IMG/VR virus record: IMGVR_UViG_3300020442_000017
Span: 28,305-92,304 of that record
DNA: 64,000 nt
Strand: one strand, 5' to 3'
DNA from: a virus
The notes beneath the pieces were generated by a model, which was not told the origin of the DNA, ran no database searches, and saw only the letters and a program-made list of their open reading frames with translations. The position numbers and the translations under genes were made by a program. Below are positions 36,501 to 46,200 of this stretch, piece by piece. Position 1 is the stretch's first letter. Every line of letters starts with the position of its first letter.

Positions 36501-37142
36501 AATGGAACGCCAGATTTAAGGGGTAGATTTGTCCTTGGTTCTGGTGGAAGTTATAGTGGAACTGGTGGTAGTGCTGATGCGGTAGTAGTATCACACTCAC
36601 ATAATAATAATGCTAGTTCTTCAACTCACAATGGTCACTCGCATGGTCAGGGAAATCTATCCACGTCTAATGAAGGAGGTCATTCACATAATGTGAATGC
36701 ATCTGGTGGTAGCAACACTGGAAATCAAAGTAATAATCATTACCATACTATCTCAGAAAACATAACAATCGGTGGTGGAAGTCACTCTCACAATATATCA
36801 ACTGGTGATGGAACAGATGATCAAGGTAATTCTGGTCCTAAAGATACTTCCGATTGGGAACCTGGATATAATAGGAGTACTAGTAATGTTGGCCATAATC
36901 ACAATTTCAACTTAACTGTGCCAACGCAGGGTATTAGTCAAAACCATACACATGCATTTAATGTTACTGTAAATGGTAATACAGATAATCAAGGTTCTCA
37001 TTCTCACAATGTAACTGGTAGTACTGGAAGTGATGGTAGTCATGACCACTCAATTAATGTTACTATTGGAAGTCAAGGAGAGAGTGGTACAGGTAAGAAT
37101 CTACCCCCATATTATGTACTTACGTATATCATGAAGTTGTGA
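33531..37142 (+). CDS. tail fibre with tail-collar domain and His-x-His tip
   Basis: 1203 aa; VPSGTIVMY...PSGWAVCDG.NGTPDLRGRFVLG collar, nine HxH motifs, C-terminal NLPPYYVLTYIMKL. Confidence 0.85.
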   Translation: MAVLRNVPKTFSFEEQRIEINEIAQDLYSLSSGNLTQFSVTVSAASGNGNLTYDNTTGVFDYTPPNISSTFSGDYNDLSNKPTLFSGDYNDLSNKPTLFSGSYNDLSNKPTIFSGSYNDLSNKPTIPITLNDLSDVDATTGVANGKILKYNGSGWEVADDQSGGGGSSYTNSNVDTHLNVSGASSGQILSWNGSDYVWVADQTGGGGSSNVSAINDLSDVVISNSPTAGHVIKWDQTTSKWTNQPDMTGQGGSDYQIYNFTVDVSNSSYFTISGHDRVGGVSGNNPTITMNEGDRIRFAVYNSGTNHTFEIRVSAGGAEVSNSAPTKTTHGGGDYIEWAPQVASGGSAGSYVYECDNHSSMVGVITVRPRNTINEFDTLQTVTARGSTTTNGITLSTSNLILDSANDQRVQHNVSGVEKSKIIWRSTGAVDFYASNGMSFFATSNTSPNNRRLQLLTGGGVILEWQNNTRLETTSTGVTISGVLTAGGLTYPNSNGTSGQVLSSDGTGNVAWSTVSIPAAQVNSDWSATSGLAEILNKPYLPTFSTTNPSDGQILTWNATSSEWQPDNVSSGSVTSINDIGDVNVPNPTDGHVLKWNASTSKWIASADLTATGGAGIALADLSVTTNSAGTAALTYSNTTGVFSYTPPDLSGYLTSLGDAAGVTTAKISNWDDAYSWGDHSLSGYATQTFVNTALTNLNNWDTAYGWGDHSAAGYLTSYTENDTLSSVVGRGNTATGPITIGGNGSSGGVTLKDGKIEVRTGTGNVAAIDLYCEVNNVHKISIKAPPHSNFSGNIDFVLPPNAGTSGKVLSTDGTGVTSWVDRSTFSGSYNDLTNKPTIPSTLDQLTDVSVGSVSEGDYLKYTSSGWTHGTITEFSGNYNDLSNKPTIPTNIGDLSDVDFSGSTTVGYVLKWDGSEWSPAQDTNYPTGGIAGLTDVDFDGGSPSNDQVLVYDSSTNKWKNESPSSGVPSGTIVMYNSGSAPSGWAVCDGTNGTPDLRGRFVLGSGGSYSGTGGSADAVVVSHSHNNNASSSTHNGHSHGQGNLSTSNEGGHSHNVNASGGSNTGNQSNNHYHTISENITIGGGSHSHNISTGDGTDDQGNSGPKDTSDWEPGYNRSTSNVGHNHNFNLTVPTQGISQNHTHAFNVTVNGNTDNQGSHSHNVTGSTGSDGSHDHSINVTIGSQGESGTGKNLPPYYVLTYIMKL
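33741..33908 (+). repeat. 4 x 42-bp in-frame tandem repeat
   Basis: Unit TTCTCTGGAGATTATAACGATCTAAGTAACAAACCTACACTA encodes FSG(D/S)YNDLSNKPT(L/I). Confidence 0.95.
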
Positions 37143-37190
37143 TTGATCTAAATATGTTCACAACTATACACTAAACTGGATACTGCATTT

Positions 37191-37415
37191 ATGACTGATT
37201 CAGCTTTTAGTAATGGTGGAGATGACTATACAGAATTCCATCTTACTATTAACATCCACGATGTTAGATTATTACATTATAGTGTTACCGAGGCAATAAA
37301 AATCTGGCCAGGTTCTCCTGCACGTCCTGCTGAAGAACAAGAACAACTTTGGCACGTAAGGGACGAATTAGTAAAAATGTTACTGGAGCATCAATTTATG
37401 ATTGCTGAAGACTAG
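37191..37415 (+). CDS. hypothetical cyanophage protein
   Basis: 74 aa with WPGSPARPAEEQEQLW motif. Confidence 0.7.
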   Translation: MTDSAFSNGGDDYTEFHLTINIHDVRLLHYSVTEAIKIWPGSPARPAEEQEQLWHVRDELVKMLLEHQFMIAED

Positions 37416-37423
37416 TATAAATA
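37416..37423 (+). promoter_or_regulatory. T4-type late promoter
   Basis: TATAAATA. Confidence 0.7.
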
Positions 37424-37451
37424 TTAGTACACATTATTCTTATTGATAATT

Positions 37452-37649
37452 ATGGACGCAGCAAGTCTGAGAAAAGAATTTGAAAAACAAATTGAAGAAG
37501 CAGATCAAAAAATTGAAGCTGCTGAAAGGAGTTTGACACAACTCAAAGAATATAGAATTAAATTAGCTGGTGGAATGGAAACTCTTGAATTGCTTGCAAG
37601 TAATGAAGAGCAAAAAGCACCAGAACCTCCAGCACCTCCAGCTGAATAA
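37452..37649 (+). CDS. coiled-coil hypothetical protein
   Basis: ATG at 37452 within track ORF 37443..37649. Confidence 0.7.
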   Translation: MDAASLRKEFEKQIEEADQKIEAAERSLTQLKEYRIKLAGGMETLELLASNEEQKAPEPPAPPAE

Positions 37650-37674
37650 ATAAAAAATAGTCTAGGTTATATAA

Positions 37675-38010
37675 ATGGCAGCAATCCCCTTAAATCTATT
37701 GATGGAAAAAGGAACGGATTTTGATGCCACCTTTAATATCCAGAATGAAGATAACACAACTCCATTAAATTTGACTGGTTATTCAGCGGCGGCAAAGATG
37801 CGTCGTAGTTATTACGCTACGACTGCGACAGATTTTGTTGTTGAGTTTGTTGATCGGTATAATGGTATTTTGAAGATTAGTCTAAGTAACGCAAATACTG
37901 CTGGATTAGATCCAAGACGATATGTGTATGATATTGTTCTTACTTCTCCTCAGGATATAAAGACGAGAGTTATAGAAGGTATTATTGAAGTAACGCCAGG
38001 AGTTACATAA
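37675..38010 (+). CDS. conserved virion structural protein
   Basis: KGTDF...PLNLTGYSAAAKMRRSY...RYVYDIVL...TRVIEGIIEVTPGVT. Confidence 0.7.
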   Translation: MAAIPLNLLMEKGTDFDATFNIQNEDNTTPLNLTGYSAAAKMRRSYYATTATDFVVEFVDRYNGILKISLSNANTAGLDPRRYVYDIVLTSPQDIKTRVIEGIIEVTPGVT

Positions 38011-38735
38011 TGCCAAAGTATAACGTATCTGTAAAGTCTTCTAATTATCAGGTTCTTTCAGAACCTCAGAAGAAGTATAATGTGGGAGTCAATTATGAGA
38101 TTCCCAGTAAATACCTTCAATATGGTAATGAGATACTTAATGTATCCAGTTGGGTATTCAATGGAACCAATGTAGGATTTCCCCTAATTGATCCTGATGG
38201 AGATCCATACACACCAGCAAATGATCAACAATTAATTGTTGCGATTAATGGTTTAATTCAAGTACCTGGAATTGATTATACGGTAAGTGGAACAGATATT
38301 ATTTTTACAACTGCTCCAAATGCTGGCGATACTGTATATGTTGTAGGTCTTTCTACAACTGCTGATCTCACAAGAACAATTAACTTTGTTGTTGATGCTG
38401 GATCAGCTCCTATGTCTTCTGGTATTAAAGGGGACATGACACTAGACGTGACTGGAAAGATTGAGTCATGGACAGTTATTGCAGATCAAGAAGGTCAAAT
38501 TCAATTTGATATTAAAAAAGTTGATTATGCAAATTTTCCAAATTTCTCATCTATCTGTGGAACAGAACGTCCTACTTTAGGAAACATTTCAGCAGGTACA
38601 GAACAGAGGATAAATAGAAATACTACAATTACAACATGGAATTCAGCATTGAATGCTGGAGACATTTTACAGTTTGAAATTGTGTATGCACTAAATATAC
38701 AAAGGTGCGTAGTATCATTGAAACTCGCACTCTAA
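38010..38735 (+). CDS. virion structural protein
   Basis: 241 aa; LIVAINGLIQVPGIDYTVSG..IIF..AP module also found in the gp7-like protein. Confidence 0.65.
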   Translation: MPKYNVSVKSSNYQVLSEPQKKYNVGVNYEIPSKYLQYGNEILNVSSWVFNGTNVGFPLIDPDGDPYTPANDQQLIVAINGLIQVPGIDYTVSGTDIIFTTAPNAGDTVYVVGLSTTADLTRTINFVVDAGSAPMSSGIKGDMTLDVTGKIESWTVIADQEGQIQFDIKKVDYANFPNFSSICGTERPTLGNISAGTEQRINRNTTITTWNSALNAGDILQFEIVYALNIQRCVVSLKLAL

Positions 38736-38741
38736 CAATAT

Positions 38742-38749
38742 TATAAATA
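38742..38749 (+). promoter_or_regulatory. T4-type late promoter
   Basis: TATAAATA. Confidence 0.75.
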
Positions 38750-38786
38750 AGTTCATATAGGAAGAAAACACGAGGAGATACTTTAG

Positions 38787-40199
38787 ATGGCACTTCTAGT
38801 CACAGACCAGGGTGAAATTGATTCACTCCGTACTTTATTGAATTCAACGCATACCATTCCAAGGAATTTGGTGTTGAAGTTATACACTAGTAATACTACT
38901 CCTGGCGAGTCAGATGTTCCCTCATCTGCCAATTACTACGAACCATATAATGCAACTAACGCAAGCGGATATGGATCAGCAGCTACTACTGGATACCCAG
39001 AGGTAATTAATAATCGCACAGAGGAAAACCAAGACTTTACTAATCAGTATGGTATCCTCTTAAATGGTAACCGTTGGACTGTATCTACTACAGTTTCTGC
39101 TGTTGCTACTACAAATGCCACTGGTACTGCTGGCACTTATCAGATTGCTGTTGATGATACTGCCGACATCAAAAAAGGTGACTATGCCGAAGGTGCTGGT
39201 ATCCCTGCAAACACTTATGTTGTTGATATCCAAGGTCTGGATCTAGAACTAAGTCAGCAGTTGACTGCTGATATGACTTCTGTCGCAACAAACTTTGGTA
39301 GAGGACGTTCTACCGCTTCCTATCCTGAACAAGTATTCACCTTTGACGATGCTGCTGGTAACGTATATGGTTACTATCTGTCACGTGCAAACAACATGCC
39401 TGTTACATTACAGGGTGTTGCTGATGGTGGATCAGTTGCTGCTGGTACTACAATCAATAAGACAGGTTGTAAAGGAGTTATCGGTAACAACTACATCAAT
39501 CTCCTTGACATTACTCTAAGTAGAACTGCTACTGGTACAAGTGGCACCTTTGAGATGACCGTTAACGATGCTGCTGATGTTGTAAAAGGTCAGCGTGTTA
39601 CTGGTACAGGTGTTGCTGCTGAAACACGTGTTGTTGGCGTTGCTGGTACACAAGTTTACATTGATAAAGCACTAACTGGTGCTCTATCTACAACTGCTGT
39701 TGAGTTTAAAGTTAATGTTGCAGAGAATCTAACCGCTGGTATGGCAGTTTCTCAGACAGCAACTCCAAATGGTGTTGCTGCAAGCACAACTATCGTTGGT
39801 ATTGACTATAAGACACTCACTGGTGAGATTGGTCCTCGTGTCTATCTCAGCGAATCTTTGATTGATAACATTCAGGTATCTAATGGTAACGATCAAGTCA
39901 AGTTTGATTTCTCTGTTGTAACAACAGATCCTGGTGGTACTGCTGTTGATCACGAACTCAATCCTGGCGATGTTATCTACATTGCTGGCGGTACAACCAA
40001 TTCCATTACTGACGCACATTACACTGTGTTTGAAACACCAACTTCAAGCACATTCACCACAACTCCTGCTCTACAGGGTACTGGTGATGCGACTCTCTAT
40101 TCCAGCATCTTCTTTGCTGAGAGATTTACAAATGGTCCATACGCTATTCAAAACAAGGGTGACCAAATTAAGGTTACACTAAACGTCAGCCTAGACTGA
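38787..40199 (+). CDS. virion structural protein
   Basis: 470 aa, Thr/Gly-rich; GAGGAG RBS, late promoter and terminator; internal G.GI.A.T.VV repeats. Confidence 0.7.
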   Translation: MALLVTDQGEIDSLRTLLNSTHTIPRNLVLKLYTSNTTPGESDVPSSANYYEPYNATNASGYGSAATTGYPEVINNRTEENQDFTNQYGILLNGNRWTVSTTVSAVATTNATGTAGTYQIAVDDTADIKKGDYAEGAGIPANTYVVDIQGLDLELSQQLTADMTSVATNFGRGRSTASYPEQVFTFDDAAGNVYGYYLSRANNMPVTLQGVADGGSVAAGTTINKTGCKGVIGNNYINLLDITLSRTATGTSGTFEMTVNDAADVVKGQRVTGTGVAAETRVVGVAGTQVYIDKALTGALSTTAVEFKVNVAENLTAGMAVSQTATPNGVAASTTIVGIDYKTLTGEIGPRVYLSESLIDNIQVSNGNDQVKFDFSVVTTDPGGTAVDHELNPGDVIYIAGGTTNSITDAHYTVFETPTSSTFTTTPALQGTGDATLYSSIFFAERFTNGPYAIQNKGDQIKVTLNVSLD

Positions 40200-40239
40200 T
40201 CATATATATTAGAGACCCAATCTTTAATTGTCGTTTTGT

Positions 40240-40267
40240 GGGGGTTGCGTTTTGCAATCCCCTTTTT
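40240..40267 (+). terminator. rho-independent terminator
   Basis: GGGGGTTGC-GTTTT-GCAATCCCC-TTTTT. Confidence 0.75.
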
Positions 40268-40278
40268 AATGCTGCGTT

Positions 40279-43200
40279 ATGACCGTTTATTCCTACAACA
40301 CAATAGGAGTATTTCCATCAATCATTCGCACTGCGAGTGGCGGTTTAGGCAGCTTTTCATATGTTTATGAACCAAGCATTATTGATCTCTTTATTGAGAT
40401 TGATTATGGCACTTTAGCATTTGATACTACTCCAGTAACTACAACTACAACTGTACTGGTAGATGATCTAAATGCTACTCTAACAAATACTATCCTGTCG
40501 GATACTGGAACAGGGACAGGAACAACTGGTGGATTTAATATTGGTAGACATATTAGATTCAACAGCACAAATAAACCTAGAACGGTAGAGTTCAGTTTAC
40601 CAAACAATATTGATTCTTCACTAACTTTTGAAGTAATTAGAGGTAATGACGCCAACGGTGGTGAAGATCCAGATACTTTAGCAGAAAGTTTAAACTTAGA
40701 GTATTATGATGGAAGTTCATGGACTTCTATTGATACTGTAGTAGCATATAATGATGCTACATTTAACACGTTAAAATCTGTAGAGATTACAATTCCTTCT
40801 GTAGCGAGAGCAGCAGGTACACAATTTAGATTAATACAACCAGACCATAGTGGAAACAATTGGGATAACTATGGATTAAAATCAGTAGCATATACGCATA
40901 CGTCAACTCCAGTATTACCAACGAAAGATCTTGGTAATATTACAGATCTCAACGCTACGATAGAAGATCGTGGACGTATATTCTATGTTACAAATGTAGA
41001 ATCCTTTGGATTCGCTAAAACACTTAACGCTGCTTCTTGGAAAGCAACTAGTGCATGGGTCGGTGAAGGAAGTCTTATCTCCTTTGGTAGACAGACATCT
41101 CCTGCTGTATATGGTTACATCGCTGATGGTAAGGTCCGAAGTCTTCAAGGTACTGCGGATGTTGAGTTCACTGCCGTTGATGGCGGCAGTGGATTCTTCC
41201 CACTACAAGGAAGTGCTATTATTGGAATCACCGCTGATATTATCGGCAGTGGAAGATTTACAACGCTTTCAGGTTCTGCTGAATCTGTTGCAGTCAATCC
41301 AGACGAGAGGCAAATACTATTCTCGTTTACAGGTCAACGCAGTTCTGAAAGAACAACCAATATTTACAATGGTGTTGGAACACTAAGTAATCTCGCAAGT
41401 CTTGAGGAAGACAGAGGTTTTGCTTGGTATGGTTCTGGTGTCATTACCCTACAGTCAAATAATGACGAAAGGAAGACAGATAATTATAATCACACTTCTA
41501 TAGTTCCATGGTCTACGAGAGACTTTGGAAACATTACTCAATGTAATGCAGAAGAAATTGTTTCTGGTGATCTATCTGGTCAAGCAGCGACTGGATGCAC
41601 CATTGTTGTTGAACCTAATACAACAGCGAGAGTTGTACTTGGTCAAACATATCAAACTGCTCAAGACGTTAATTATCCATCAACGTTTATTGATTGGGGA
41701 ACTATCACATTCCCAGCAGCAATGTCTCAGGATTGGGGTAATATCCTTGATCGTGAGTTGCGTCCACAAGGACTCATCAGAATTGATGTAGAGAAAGGTG
41801 CTGCATCTATATTCCAACCCAATTGGGTTGGTCGTGGTGGATTGCGTCTCAGAGGCAAAGCAACACTACCTGTATTTGCTAACGAAAAAGGTACTGGTAT
41901 TCTCCACAAAATTCGTGGTGTTGCAATTACAAACTTCAGTCTACTGCAACCTGGCGACGGTCTATTCAAGTTTGTTAGTGATGCATCTTCTAGCACTGGA
42001 GTTGAAGCATTTGGTTCTGGATCCTTCAAGAAATTTGGTGGTGCAGCAGAATCTTCTACCTTCAATCCACTTGAAGAACAGATTCTATTCTCCTTTGGTG
42101 GAGCATATAGTAACCTCAAGTTTACCCACGGTACTTGGATCGGATCTGGAAGAATTAATAATATTGCATCTCTGGAAGCAGAGAAGGGATCATTTGATTA
42201 TGTTGGTTCTGGTGAAATTAATATTATTTCCAGAAAACCAGTATGGCCTGAAGATTCCGATGAGAAACATACAGAAGCTTACAACTTCAGTGCATTTGTC
42301 CCATCAATTGATCTTGACTACGGTCTAATTGTTGATATTACAAATGTTGTTGTTACTGAACTAACAACACAAACAATATCTACAGATACAACAGCACCAA
42401 GTGGTGTTATAAGAGTTGGTCTAAACGAAACTGTAACGTTAAGTGCAGTATACAATGTTCCTAACACAACATCTGTACCAACAATTACAGATGATTATGG
42501 TTTAGTATCTGAAGTTCATGATCCAACAACTGATTATGGTTGGATACTTGGAACTCATGCTCACGGTATTCCATTCGGCACAGTTGCCGATATTACTGGT
42601 ACTTCTGAAAATCCAAGAACTCGTACATACATTGCCAGTGGCGATGGACTATTCAAGATTACAGGTAAGGCAAGACTTCCTCTATTCGCCAGTGTATTTG
42701 GTGGAGGTCTATTCAAACCTCAAGGTGCATCTGTCACCAACTTTAGTCTACTTGCTCCAGGTGATGGACACATCAATGGAATGTATGGCGAAGGTGCAGA
42801 AAGCACTGTTACTGAATACTATGGTGATGGTGCATTTAGAAAACTCAGTGGTGCAGCAGAATCTGCTTCCTTCAATCCATTGGAGAGGCAGATGCTCTTC
42901 TCCTTCAATGGTGCAGTACAAAATCTTGCTTTCGCTCACGGAACATTTGGTGGCGACGGTGTACTGTTTACATTTGAAGGTGGTGGAGAGAGAACATCAT
43001 ATGATTATGTTGGTTCTGGTTCTATCCTCACATTCAACAAACTTGAGGAAGCAAGAACTTACTTCTACAACTGTAGTTCTATTGTTCCATTCTTGGATAT
43101 TGACTACGGTCTCATTGTTGATCAAGCAAATGCTGCTGTTACCGATCTCACAACACAGACTATTTCTTCCGATGAAATCGCTGCAACTGGATCGGTCAGA

Positions 43201-46200
43201 ATTGGTCTCAATGAGGTAGTAACTCTTGGTGCAGTATACACTGTTCCCAATCAAGTTACAACTCCAACCACATTCATTGATTACAATATTGTCAATGAAA
43301 CTGAAGATGAACTTCTTGATCATGGACACATTCTTGACAGTGTTCAGGTTGGAATGCCTGGCTGCATCTATGGAACTGTTGAAGTTCGTGGTGTTGCTGA
43401 TATTGCATTCACCCCCAATAATATTTCTAGGGGTGAATTGCAACTTAGAGGTGAAGCAAGAATCTTCAGCATTCTTAGAAATATTGGAGAAGGTACTCTA
43501 TTTGCAATTTCTGGTGCATCCAGTTCTTCTGGTGCTGCTTACGAATCAACAGGTCTATTCCAGACACTTGGATTTGCAGAGGTTGCTTTTGTCACAGAAT
43601 ATGCTGGATCTGGTGCATTCAGAAAACTCAGTGGTGTAGCGGAGTCTATTACCTTCAATCCACTGGAGAAGCAAATGCTCTTCTCCTTTACTGGTACTGC
43701 TGGAATTCCATCCATCACACTCAGTCATATTGGAGATGGCAATCTATTCACGTTTGATGGAACTACTGATAGCACCACATTTGCACATTATGGTTCTGGT
43801 GTTATCAGTCTCAGGTCCAAGAAACCAAGACCTGATGTTGACTCTGAAGAGAAGCATACCGAAGTATACGATCTTAACATTGATTGTATTCAACCAGAGT
43901 ATGATTATGGTTCACTTATTGACGCAGCACTTTCACAGTGTACGCCTACAAGTGGTCTAATAAATGCAACAACAACTGCACCTACTGGTTGTATTACTCT
44001 AGACGGTACACTTGGAATATATCCAAATGTAACTTATACAGTACCAGTTGCAGTTAACTCTCCAACTACTCTGTTTGATTACGGTACTGTTCCTGATCCA
44101 GAAGATGGAACGGATGATTATGGTTGGATTCTTGATCCAACTGGTAAGCATTGTCCATTCGGACAAATCCATCATATCAGAGGAAGTTCTGGTCCTAACT
44201 CCAGAACCTTCCGTGAAGTATTCACTGGTGAAAGTGAGCATAAGGTATACGGCATCAATATTTCTGGTGATGCAGAAATTGTTGTACCACCTCAGTGGTA
44301 TGGTTACGGTGTACTTGATGTCACATCACGTCCTATCTCCATCACTGGATTTAGTTTACGCACATTTGGTGGCGGTAATCTATTTGGTATTGGTGGTGGT
44401 GCAGAATCTGTTACGTTCGTTCCATCTGGTGGTCAGGTTCTATTCAAGTTTGTTCCTGGTCCGTTTGATAGATGGACAACATACGATTGGCAACCTTCTT
44501 GGCAAGGTAGAGGTGCGATTACGCTTCCTGACGGTGAAGCAGTTACACGTTATGTACCTCATGTTACTGGTACTGGTAACATTCCAGTATTCAGTGGTGC
44601 TGCTGAATCTCTCACTGTTAATCCAGAAGAAAGACAACTTCTATTCTCATTTACAGGAGAAGTTCAAGAAGCATTTGTTGCGAACCCACCAGAAAGAACT
44701 CTACAGATCAGTTTCAACAATCGTGGATTCACCACTGGTATATTCTTCGTTCCACATTATCCAGGCGATGGTCTTATCTCTGTTTCTGGAGATGCCAATA
44801 TTCATTATGTACCTCATGTTATTGGTACTGGATCTATTCCAGTATTCAATGGTGCAGCAGAATCTCTTACTGTCAATCCAGACGAAAGACAGATGCTATT
44901 CTCCTTTATCGGGGAACGTCTGTCAGAGAAGAAATCTGTTGCAGAGATTGGATTTGGAGATATTCTCTTCAGTGGTACATCTGGAGATCCATTACTTACA
45001 TTTGCAGAACAACCATTTGGTACAGTTCCTGTATCTGGAGAAGCACACATTGTTGCATCTCTACTCCATGTTGGTTCTGGTACATTCAGAAAACTCAGTG
45101 GTGCAGCGGAATCTGCAACATTCAACCCACAAGAAAGAGATCTTCTATTCTCCTTTACTGGAGAAAGAATTGCAGAATCTACAAGCTTCAGCGAAGTTGC
45201 TTCTGGAACTCTGTTTGGATTCAGTGGAGCATCAGAGACATTTGCGTTTGCTTACGAAACTCAAGGTCTATTCAGAGTTGCAGACGAAGCTCTGGTTGTT
45301 GCATCTCTACTCCATGTCGGTTCTGGTACTATCAGAAAGTTTGCTGGAGCAGCAGAATCTCTTACCGTCAATCCAGACGAAAGACAACTTCTATTCTCTT
45401 TCACTGGAGAAGGATCACAGTCTCTCACTGTTGCTGAGACCAAACAGGTTGAAATTGATATTACTGGTAAGGCAGATCCAGTTCTTAGAACTCAAGCATT
45501 CCATGGTTCTGGAACCTTTACTGTCACTGGTGAAGTTGGTGTTAAATATGTACCCAACAACGTTGGATTTGGTAATATCTTTGCTATCAATGGTGCAGCA
45601 GAGTCTATCACTGTCAATCCAGACGAGAAGCAAATGCTCTTCTCGTTCCTTGGAGAAGTTGCAGACAGCGTTACTGTCAGAGAAATCAGCAAAGGTGGAA
45701 CTCTTACATTCACTGGTACATCTGGAGATCCATTACTCTCATTTGCAGAGAGTGGATTTGGTCAGACAAAACTTCGTGGAAAGGTTCGCTTTACTACACA
45801 TCGCAGTATCTTTGGTACTGGTTCCTTCAGGAAGTTTGGTGGATCTGCGGAAGCAGTTGCATTCAATCCAGTGGAAAGGGATGCACTGTTCAGATTCGTT
45901 GGAGATGCTACGCACAAAATTACCAGTGTTTACATTGGTTCTGGTTCTCTCAGAAAACTCAGTGGTGCAGCAGAGGCAGTTGCCTTCAATCCAGACGAAA
46001 GACAAATGCTCTTCTCCTTCGCTGGAGATGGTGCAGATTCCAGAACAGCGAGAGAAGTCAGTCAGGGTGGAACTCTCAAAACATCTGGAACAGCAAAAGT
46101 TCTTGTCAGTTTTGCACACGCTGGCGAAGGTACAATTCCTCTCAGTGGCGATGCTCGCACTACAAGAGCAAGAGACTTTGTTGGATTTGGATCTATTCCA

